NCBI RefSeq assembly: GCF_964194155.1
Contig: NC_135906.1
Coordinates: forward strand, 19,282,001 to 19,346,000
DNA: 64,000 nt
From: Cetorhinus maximus
Lineage: Eukaryota
Reading direction: 5' to 3'
In this document: positions 53,770-64,000 of the stretch, piece by piece
Layout of the letters: every line of letters begins with the position of its first letter
Numbering within the stretch: position 1 is the first letter of the stretch
Position numbers and translations under genes: made by a program
The notes under the pieces: model-generated
What the model was told of the DNA's origin: nothing
Database searches by the model: none
What the model saw: only the letters and a program-made list of their open reading frames with translations

Positions 53770-54060
53770 AGGTCAGCGAAGGATTGGTTCTGGAGATGGC
53801 AGGGAGATTGGACCCAGGGTAGAGGAGATTGGTTCTTCAGGCTTGGGTGTAGGTGTAGTGGAGAGGGAGCGTATGTCTCAGGGAAGGATCAGTTCCAAAG
53901 GTAAGAGATTGGGTTATGGGAAAGGATAAGTTCTGAGGGTAAGCAATTGAGTCTCAGGGAAGGATTGGTTCTAGGGATAAGAAAGGTTTGGGGAGAGAAA
54001 GATTGCAGGCCTCAGCAGGGGTGATTATGCCTCAGATGGGAAGAGATTGGGCCTTTGAGG
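53770..54060. repeat. Degenerate G-rich tandem repeat
   Basis: Recurrent gggagagattgg...ctcagg units. Confidence 0.5.
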
Positions 54061-54361
54061 GAGAGTGTGATCAGTGGCCGGTTGTGTTGTGCAAGTTTAG
54101 CACTTGGCAAGTAAAGCATTGGGGAAAATAAAAATTGAGAATAGGTTCTATTTATGTAAATAATGCTGCAATTAAAATGTTCCTAACGTGTCCTCCTGAC
54201 ATGAGCCTATCCAGCTTTTCCAAAATTGCGGTAGTATACTTCCAACCTGAAATATCCTTTCTAGTCATCACATATCGGAGGCTTATGAGTTGCTAAGTGC
54301 CTGAAAAACAAGTGCTGCTTGGCCATATTTCTAGGCAACAACCTTAGAATTAGAACTAAAT

Positions 54362-55018
54362 TGAGTCCTGAAAATTGTCTTCACATAAAGCACATGATAA
54401 GTTCATGGTGTTAACAGTCAGCATGGACTCCACACAATTTAATGGCCTCAACACCTACACTTCAGTTTCTCCTTTGTCTGCAGGCTTGCTAGTTAACCTC
54501 TGTATTTTCTACATTCCACAAGTGAATTCGGAGTTCTGGGAACAACTTTGTGCTGGTGCTGGTCTGCTCTTGTGATGCTTTGGAAAGCATATTTTCAGTT
54601 ATGGATGATTGGTAGATCTGCCTTTGAGACTGGAGTATAAGGAGGGAGCAGCAAGGAGAAAGCAGGAGCTGCCAGTAGTAGGAGGAGGGCACTACACATT
54701 CCCATAGGGGCTCTTCAGGGAGAATCTCTCATAGGTCAACTTTTTCTGGGAAGTAATGTATGAAGGTTCTGCCAAATTTCTCAGTCACAAGCTCAGAAAT
54801 AAAACTAAGCTGGGTAAAAGTGAGTCCTGAAAAACTATCTTCACATAAGCACATAACTCACCACATGATAAGCTCATGGTGCGCTAACAGTCAGCATGGA
54901 CTCTGCACAATTTAATGGCCTCATTGCCTCCACTTCAGTTTCTGCTTTGCAGGCTGCTTGTCAAATTCTGTGTCTTTTTTTATGTTACACAAGTGAATTT
55001 TGAGTTCTGGGAACAACT
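54362..55018 (+). repeat. Pair of about 190-bp diverged direct repeats (about 54362-54547 and 54821-55018)
   Basis: Shared tgagtcctgaaaa, taacagtcagcatggactc, cacaatttaatggcctca, gagttctgggaacaact. Confidence 0.85.
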
Positions 55019-55039
55019 GGGAATAACACATACACCACA

Positions 55040-55540
55040 TTTAGAGAATAGCAGGATAAGAGAGTGTTAGGCTTCATCTGGATAGACTGCATCAATATCT
55101 ACACATTTCCCATCATTAGCCGAGCATCTTTCTCACTAGAAGGGGATACTGCTCCCTGAATGTGTTGCTTTTTTATGACCATAAGCTGCATCATGCAACT
55201 CTTTGCCCAGTTTTTCCTGGCTGCAGTCTTTATTCTGCAGCAGGTCCTCTGTGCAGCCTTTATTCTAACCAGACACATTAGGTCACAGGCTGGCCGCTTG
55301 GCAACAAGATGTAACCTTTCCAGGCACGACTTATGACTTCTGCCAGGATCTCTAGCACAGAGACAGCTTGCCTACAGTGAGAAACATACTGCCACCAAAT
55401 TATAACTGAATAGGCATTGGTGTGCTCAAGTTTGGGAGGAGCTTTGCAGTAGACTCTTCGTTGAATCTATATGTTTATGGTTTTATGCTGCATGGTGCAT
55501 GCTGTGTAACACTGCTGTACTGAGGGACCAAATCTTACAA
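55040..55540 (+). mobile_element. Harbinger (HARBI1-like) transposase relic
   Basis: Ordered decayed motifs IDC, GYCSLNV, FPG..FILQQ, GWPLGNKM*PF..LMT, AYSEKHTAT, GIGVLK. Confidence 0.55.
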
Positions 55541-57669
55541 CCGTTTGGGCAGCAAGAATTGGAGGAATCATAGAATCATCATAGAAATTTAGGTCACAGA
55601 GGGAAGTCATTCAGCCCATTGTGTCTGTGCCAAAGGATGAGGAACACAACAAGGAAGAGGAACAGCAACATCCGTCACTAGTACACCCTAGCTACCAGAA
55701 CTCTCAGAGAGCAACTGATGCTTCACCTGAACTATCCCACAATCATTAGAACCATCCAATTGCCCTCCTTCAGTTTGTCCTCATGGATCTTGGCTTCAGC
55801 TGACTACAAGGATGAACACCAACGTAAATTCCAGAAAATGAAAACTTTGACACCAGATTTTAATAACAGTTAACCGGAATAACTGAACAACATTCTTGTT
55901 CAGCCTGCTAATGTGCGTCTTGTGGGTTCAGCTACTTATTCCACTATGAGATGTATTGCTAGTGACTACAGCTTGTAAGATACTGAGCTTCCTTCAAGAA
56001 TGTTGTGGTGCACCTTAAGCATCTCTGGGCTTGAAAGCCAGACTGCAGCATCCCTGGCTGGGGCATTGTAGACGAGTTGGCTATGGTGGCACTGACAATC
56101 GTACTAATGGTTGTGAGGGAGCAGTCAAACTGTCACCTGGAGAAAAGACAGCAGGTGCCTCTCCCATTGAGCTAAGGCCACTCTTGGTGCACCAGCTCTA
56201 TGTGCATATTATAAGAGTTATCAGTGCTGGGCCCCAGAGCCAAAATTGTCTCCATTACGGTGAACCCACTGACGTGTTCATGGAGATTACTCACTCGATG
56301 CATGACAGAATAGACTCCATGCTCATGGAACATCAATATAAGTTGGAGCTGAACTCCTCCATGCTCTCAGCTATTTGTGTGCAAACTTGCTGGCAAGCAG
56401 TCCAATCCACACAGTTTTCCCTAATGTAATCCCAACAGCCTTCCTTGAATCCTGGGTCCTTGCAATTGGAATCTTGAGTCGAGTGGAGAAAGAGCTAATA
56501 CATATCTTCTTACTTGTGGTATTTTATCCCCTGTTCTGGCTCCTATGCACTTGCCTTGTGATTCAACATATGAAGATTATGCCTACCATCTCAGCAGGTC
56601 AGATCAAGTCAGGTTTTCCTAACCAGTGGAAGGGCTGTATCTTTTGGTTCTATCCCATTTAGTGATTCACCAGGAAGCTTATCAATAAAATGGCTACTTC
56701 TCTACCACCCACTCCTGGTAGCACAGGTTTTTTAAAATTTCCTACTTCTCTCAATATTAATATGGGCCATCCTGGCCTAATGGATCTTGGGAGGAGAGAG
56801 GCAAGTAGCTCTTCTGTGGAACTGTCAGAAATTGAGGGAGAGGACACAAACCAAAGGAGACAGGGTGGGTGGCAGCTGATGAGCCTGTAATTACCCCATA
56901 AAAATCATTTTTTTGAGCGATTGGCAGCAGTCCCTTTCAGACCATAGGTTAAGCAGCCTGATACCAATCAGAAAAAATGCTCAGGAGTACTAACAAACCA
57001 TTTCAGAGCCACTTCAAAGCATTCAAAGAATGGTGCTTTTTTCTTCAATTATCAACTATCAGCCATCCTGTTTTCCAGTAATTGAAAATTGCCTCCATTG
57101 AATTCCCAATCTCAGCTGGATTAATAGGATAAACAGATGCTGAGAACAAGACATAGCTTTTTCCTTTTCTCGAACTCCCTTGAATCCAACCACAACATGG
57201 AGGGAGCAAGACTCAAGTGGCTTTCTGAAGCTTCCACCCTGCTTACATCCTAGACCTGGGACTGTAGTGTAAAACAATTGGGGAATAATGGCTTTAAAAG
57301 TCAAAGGCAAAAAAACTTTTCAGCCTAGCACTGCTGAATAGTTGAAGAACTGTACTGTCAGGACACACATCATGGAGAGATCAAAAAGGCACCTAGTTTT
57401 GCTACCAACCTGTACCTAGCCCAGGCTCTCTGGCACCAAATTGAATATAAAGTAAAAAAAAGTTCTACTCTCCAGCATCGTTACCTTTGCCCCTGAAAGT
57501 GTTAACTATATAACTTACCTTTTCAATGGTTCTTGACTGTAATATTGTACCAGATCTTTTGGTTTAACTATCCTGGTAGACTTTGGTAGACAGTGGCAAT
57601 TTGTATTGTGGAAGTTCCAAGTTATCATGATACCCAAATTATGCATTGTTGCTGAAGGCATAAAGGAAA

Positions 57670-58000
57670 GCTCCCCGATGGCTCACTAGATCATACCAGC
57701 CATCAAGGTCTAGGTTTGATGAGCCTGTCATTCTCAGCCAAGGTGTGAGAGTTGGGCACTACAATTAGCCTGAACCAGGGAGGGAAAAAAATGCCAAGCT
57801 TTCTGTTCTTGTTTACTGTCCAGTATCCCCTGCTGGAAAGTATGAGACCATCAGGAGGACCAGATTATGCTCAGCTGTGACTGCCCAGCTGGCATTTATT
57901 GAATGGTTTCACATATGAAGACTGGCACTTGGGTGAGGTACTAGGGGGAGGCCAACATCCAATGTGCAGAATGGCAGTAGATTTCAAACCTTCAGAAATG
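57670..58000 (+). mobile_element. Old SINE-like family, representative copy
   Basis: Shared ctcagccaaggt, ccctgctggaaa, ctcagctgtga, cacttgggtgaggtact; other copies near 52880-53230, 58830-59190, 63520-63930 (plus) and 21150-21520, 58250-58580 (minus). Confidence 0.55.
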
Positions 58001-61000
58001 GAAGGAAACAAATTTGGGGGCAAGAATCAGAGAAGAGGAATTGGAAGAACAAGGCATTGAAATGATGTTGAATTTCCAGAGTGACTTTCAAACAACAAAG
58101 GTTTTTAGAATAGAAATAGATTTTTTTTTCAATTACTGTACAGTGTGCTACATGCAGAACGGTAACTCATGCAGGGGGATCCAACTGTTTCGTTTTTATA
58201 CACATTTTTGTCTCTCCATATTCATCCCTTCCTGATCTCCTGAAAGTGCTAATTCATGCTGGGGTACAGTTCTATGGAAGACAAGTCATCCTCCTGTATT
58301 GCACCTAAATGGTAACTTTTCACATCTACATCTAGATGGTAGTATTGACAGGCTATTTGATCACTGACTTATCTGACACACAGTCACACTTTTTAGCAGG
58401 GGCACTGGATAATAATTAGGAGACATAGCTGATTTTCTCCTTCCTAGCCCATTGACTAGGCCACTTGCAGAATTTGTACCACTACCCAACTGAGATCAGC
58501 CAGCTCAGCAGATTAGGACTCAAATCTGGGACTTTCTCACATATATAGCTCAGCTACACACTACCTTTACCATCTGTGAGGTTTAGGTTTGCAATTATGC
58601 CTCATGATTAAGCATAGCTGAGTATTCCATATTAGTGTGATACATCTTGTCACTTGTGGATTGCCCACCCTCAATGTTCTAAACGAATCCTATTTCAGGC
58701 ATGCCTTGTGCTGACTGAGCTACATGAGGTGCCATTTAAGGCCAAAGAGCCTGATAATTTATGCTCCCTTTCCATGGACTGAGACTTTGTTGAGAGAAGC
58801 TAAAAATAAGCATATAAATCTACAGTTCGATAGTACTAAACCACACATACCAGGAGGTTTAGGTCCAAACACAGGTTTTTACCAATCTCAGCCAAGGTAG
58901 CAATGGGGGAACTATCATTAGCTTCAGCTGCCCTGGGCTTGGAACAGTAATTTTAACTCTTAACTATATCCTTGCAATCTCTGCTGAACAGCGTGCATAC
59001 ATTGTATAAGGATTGGACTGGTCTCAGCTATGATGTTGCCCTTCCATGGGCAGAAAGCCTGCTAACACTCACTGTCTGAGACCACACCTAGAGAATGAGC
59101 ACTTGAGTGAGATACAAGAGAGCTGCAGTTATCTATACTACTCAACAGAAATCTCGACCTTTGGAGAGTAAACAGATAGAAAACTGGCAAGGGGAGCAAA
59201 AGGCGGTCTCATCTAACAAAACTGGCAAATCAGCAGTAGGGAGAGGAGTCTTTCACTTCAGAGAAATGAGGCAGTATTTTTAGATTTGTCTGTTTTACTT
59301 TAATATATTACTTTTATGTGTTGAGGAAGATAATGGACAGTCCTGTCAATAAAAGCAGGACACCCCTGGTGACAGTCATAGTTTATTCTGATAATTAGAT
59401 TTGTATGTAAAGTCAACTTTTTAAGGCATGAAAATAAAGTATTTCTTTCAAACTCGCCTGAGCTGTTTCTCTGTTCTCCACATAACACAGTTTATTTTTC
59501 AACTTTAGTTTGGCCACGAATACATAATGAGTATTGGCTGAGAGCCCAGAAATCCATTGACTTGTTGAAACACCTGAACCCCAGGAAAATATTGTTTGAT
59601 TGACAGCTCTGGCTTTCTGATCTATGCTGTCAATTTCACATGTTTATTTACAGAAGATAAAGAAGTTTCAAGTGCTTGTAGTTTTAACTATTGATACTAC
59701 AAAAGGTCAGGATGATTGACATTTTTATTAATCTGTAATAAAAAAAGCTTTTTTTAAGAAAGTTATTAATTGATGACTTTTTAAAGCTTTTTTTAACATG
59801 TACTACTGTTATTATAGGGTTTATTGGTTTTATGCAGAGCATAGTGGGTTAGTGGACATGGAAATGCCATGGCTGGGGTAATGAGAGGCAATAGGGGTTG
59901 TTTGGGGAGGCAGACCTTGGCATGGGGGCAGGAGGGGCCATAGGGGATGTTTTAGAGGGAATGTGGGGGGCCATACAAGTTGTTCGGTGGGGGCATACCT
60001 TGGCATGAGGAGGACCTCTTTGAACTTGTCTTTCAAAAGGTTCCCTCATGCAGACTATGATTCATGACTCTTTGAAAAACTGGCCTGACTGCACGAATAT
60101 TATGAAGGACTAGGACATGCCTGTCCCAGCAATGGAGCCTGGGGTGCAGGCTCATAACCCGAACAAACCCAGACCCTTAAAAGGTACTTCTAAAAATCAG
60201 AAACTATGGGAATGGGGTCAGGAATCCTGGAATCAGGACCCACCTGCCATTTTTAAAGAGCTCCCAAGTATCCCGACTCAGCGAAAATCCAACCCTTAAT
60301 CTCAAATCCAAAAGTCTATTGTGGTAGCTGCTGAGCTGCCCCTGTAAAACCATTAGACCTGGAAGAAGGGTGCTCATCTTAATTTCTTAAAGCTTAATGT
60401 TTACCACTGTTGACCCTGTCCACAGTTTCTAACTGCAGTCAATTTCTAGTGAGCTGGAGATGAAACCCTGGCTGATTTTTTTTTTCTTTCCTCTGTCTCT
60501 CTCTCCCTAGAGCATTGGGCTTAAAGGTCAAATTATAGTATCTGTACCACTGTTACAGCTACCTCTTCAAATTCAACACAAACCTGAGATTGAACCTGGA
60601 ATCTCTTAGGCCTGTAAATGTACACCAAGCAGTACATTTACCAATCTGGCCATTATAACTGTTTTCTTGAAGAAAACATTAAGTTGTTGATAATTGTGTT
60701 GGCTTTGTAAGCACTCTTACAGCTTACAGTCTTTTGTTCCTGGCAGATATGTAAGTTCCTTATCTTGTGAGCTGAGATAGATCTTATATGCCAGTGATAA
60801 CAACAGCATTATATGGGAACAGATGATAATGCAGCAACCGCAAAACAATACATGTCGATTAAGAGGCACTCTGCCAAATTGGAACAGCAAAATAAAGGGA
60901 ATATCAAAATAAAGAGATTGAGTCATTCCTTTTGCATTTATACAGGAAAAAGTACCTGACTTTGATTAGGAGCCACAATCTAACAAGTTAGAGCTGAAAT

Positions 61001-64000
61001 ATTAACGTTGGGATGGTAAAAATATATCCAAATCTGCAATACTCTACTTTTACCCTGCCATAACTCTTCAAAGGCCTTGCCAGGCCAAGAGGGAATTTTA
61101 CAAGTCTAATTTGCTTATTCACTAACAGCATTTATCACAAAATCAGACACTTGTTGCCCACAATTTTATAACCACCAAACCAAAATGGTGGCAGCAGTGC
61201 AGACTTATAAAAGTACTTCTTTTTTGTCAAGTGAGATGGTGGGCTTAGAGTTCCACCTTGGGCTAACCGTTCAATTTGCTGCCATCAAAAGTCCAAAGCC
61301 AACCTTCATAATTAAAACCTCCCATCCTGGCATGCAGAGTGGACTTGGACTTTTAATTAAAAAGAAAACTCTTGGTGTTCCGTTTTTGAAACTCTCTTGA
61401 ATTGTCTAGCCCCAAACCAAATGGGTGGCAATCTTTGGTATAACTGGCACATACCAATCTTCAGTTAGTTCATTTGAAGGTGTTTACACAGTTGTGAATG
61501 GGGAAAAGTCAAGACTTGTTTCCAATTATAGTAAGAATTAAAACAGAAAATGCTGGAAAAACTCGGCAGGTCTAACAGCATCTGTGGAGAGGAAAACAGA
61601 GTTAATGTTTCGAGTCCGTGTGACTCTTCTTGAGTTTGAGGTGTTTGCATATCAATACCATTGTAATGTTGTTGCAAACCACAGCAGCTGCAGACCTGAG
61701 ATAAAGTTTGTCTTAACTTGGTGACTCCAACATAAGATCCTATATTTGGCCCTATGTTAGTGGATTTGGTGTGTTGTCATTACTTTAAACAGAAGGGATA
61801 TTGCCAGCATGACCAATAGAGTTTCACTTTACCTGTAGACAAATCCCAGAAGAACTTCACCAATAGCTGGCTTATCTATTGGAGGAACCATTTTGAGCTG
61901 TGAGAGAGGAGAGTCAGCATCATTTTGCCATCCTGTTGTTGCACGTATAAACTTGGTGATGCAAGTTTGTGTAGTTCCATTGAAATGAAAAGAAAAAGAA
62001 ACAGAAAATACAAAAAAACTGGGTTCTAGTTCTGGCAAAAGTTCTAACCTGTTGTTTCTCATTTCAGTTGCTGGCAGGTCTGCTGTACATTTCCAGTAGT
62101 TTTCTATCTTTATGTAAATTTGTTAATGAAGATAATTTCCCTTTGACTCTACGTAATGCAAAAGTTCACATTTTATTTCTGTACAGAGAATCTTGGCCAC
62201 CAAACAACAGAAAATAACTTCTGCATGTATCGGAATAACAAGAAAGCCAGTTGACCTCTAATTGACCTAAGGATCTGTCTAAGAGCAATTAGCCTCCAGA
62301 TGAATTCTTGAGATGTCTGCTTACAGCATTTTTTAGCCTTACAGGGACACACAGCTCCTTCTTATCTGCAGAATAATATAATACAATGTCTTTATTAAAC
62401 TGTTTATCCTCTAACTTATGAGCAACATCACAGGAGATTCACTAGTGTTTAACAAAAAAGGTACTAAATGTCCTGATGATTTGGAGATAAAAGGTTCTAA
62501 CTTGGTGAGTTCAGGACCAACCAAGGGAAATGCAATTTGCATGCTACCATTTAAACTGGATTCTGCTTTTCTTTTTTTTACCTCTTCATTTTTCTCCTTA
62601 AGATGCTTTGTTGACTGCTTCTGTCCAAGTTGCCATTCCTCACATGAGAGCCTATGCAGTAAGTGTCAACAAGCTGTCTACACATCAGAGAAGTCGCAGC
62701 TGAACCTAATCCTTTATTCTCACATGTACTTTCTATCAGCAACAAATGGTGATCACTATCATTCTACCTCTGACTAAACTAGTCTCTGAGGCCAATTGTA
62801 GTGATCCCACTAGTATCCCAGGCAGCTCATATCAACTAACAGTACAGAACAGGATCAAGAATGGGATCTTCCTGGGCTCTAAGGCTTGGTTCCATGACAT
62901 AAGGTGCACTTATCATACTTTTAATAACTAAACTCTAGTTACCTGTCATAAATCAAATGTAATATGGTCTGTAAACACCCTCATGACAGAAGGAATTCAG
63001 GTAAAAGATCATAGAATTTAGTCATTACAAACTAAAAACCCTGACTATAATCAATTGCATTAATAAATCTAATTTCAAAACAGTGATTTTTGCCATTCCT
63101 TCCTGAACCTGTTTTTGAACAATTTAATATTGTTTAGAATGCAGGTAGGTCCTGTCTGGGCCTTTCAAAACTGAAGGTGAACCAAATCAGAGTTTGGAAC
63201 CCAAAGTCTCTTTTTATATCAACTAAGAGCCATGAGGTTTAAATGGATTAATAGACTAAAATTGGTTCTAAACGCTCTCACTCAGTCAGATAGGAGCAAA
63301 ATACAAAAACACATGTTGCAATGGCTTTGTTAATGATTAGGTGAGTGAAAGGATAATCCTTAAAATATTTGGCAGCCATCAGAATTCCCACAATAAGGAA
63401 GAGGATTGTGACCTATATCCTATGTGGATGGGGTACGTTCACAATTTGATATCCCTTGTTTAACTATACTTTGTTGTACAGTATATTTGGGTTTTGAAAA
63501 AAATCAGTTTTAATTAAATGTGATGTTGTAATGGCTCACAGATTAAATGCACTAGCCAGCATGCTATTGAGTCATACACAACTGGAAGCACCCACATTTG
63601 CTCTTAGCTAAATGAGCTTGAATGTCAGTTTTGATGAGTTGACGTTGACTCCAGCGTTCCTAGGTTGCAGATGGAAAAAGTTAGTCAGTCCACTGCCACC
63701 CAACCACACCACCTCCTCCCCCATCCCCCCAACTCCGTTGCTAGCGCTTGCTGTTGAAAGTTCTTGTGTCAAAGTTCAATAAGAACAGGATCAAGGATTG
63801 CTGAAATGCTTACAAGGAAATATAGCCTGCTGATTCACTTCCAGGGCGTTCACGGTGAAGAAGGGGTAATATACTATTGGCCTGCTGGGACACCTATCAT
63901 GAGGTAATGCCTTGGAGAGAAACGGTGGGGGGAAGAGGATGGACCAGTTTAACAAACGCTGCTTCAAGTCTCTGTACCATTTGTTTTAACAAATCCCATT

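Noticed and set aside
56031-56429. 132-aa ORF as a nested gene
   Set aside because: Non-ATG start, no recognisable domain, lies in a decayed transposon region
48072-64000. Exon 41 (RTPLMFQRME-like)
   Set aside because: No matching splice-bounded segment found by eye; probably beyond the window, though a diverged exon could have been missed

Overview
Vertebrate genomic DNA, most likely a cartilaginous fish (inferred only from the repeat content: CR1, DeuSINE-like and Penelope-like elements). The window carries part of CACNA1A (Cav2.1, P/Q-type voltage-gated calcium channel alpha-1A) on the + strand. Exons equivalent to human 32-40 (IVS4 to the IQ-like motif) have AG/GT borders and splice in frame, including the mutually exclusive EF-hand exons 37a and 37b. 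The best find is a candidate 6-nt microexon (ACCACG, Thr-Thr, 12598-12603) where mammalian Cav2.1 e31a (NP) and Cav2.2 e31a (ET) lie; it is preceded by a 237-nt AG-free zone and a YCAY cluster. Introns are filled with mobile elements: a Gmr1-like LTR retrotransposon with an inverted RT fragment, a solo LTR with a 5-bp TSD, a hAT MITE with an 8-bp TSD nested in a SINE, CR1, Rex1 and L2 LINE relics, Harbinger relics and palindromic elements with decayed hammerhead-like cores. Exons 31 and 41 were not found. There is a 200-N gap at 5570-5769. Repeat boundaries are approximate unless a TSD or TIR is stated, and comparisons to mammalian proteins are from recall, not alignment.
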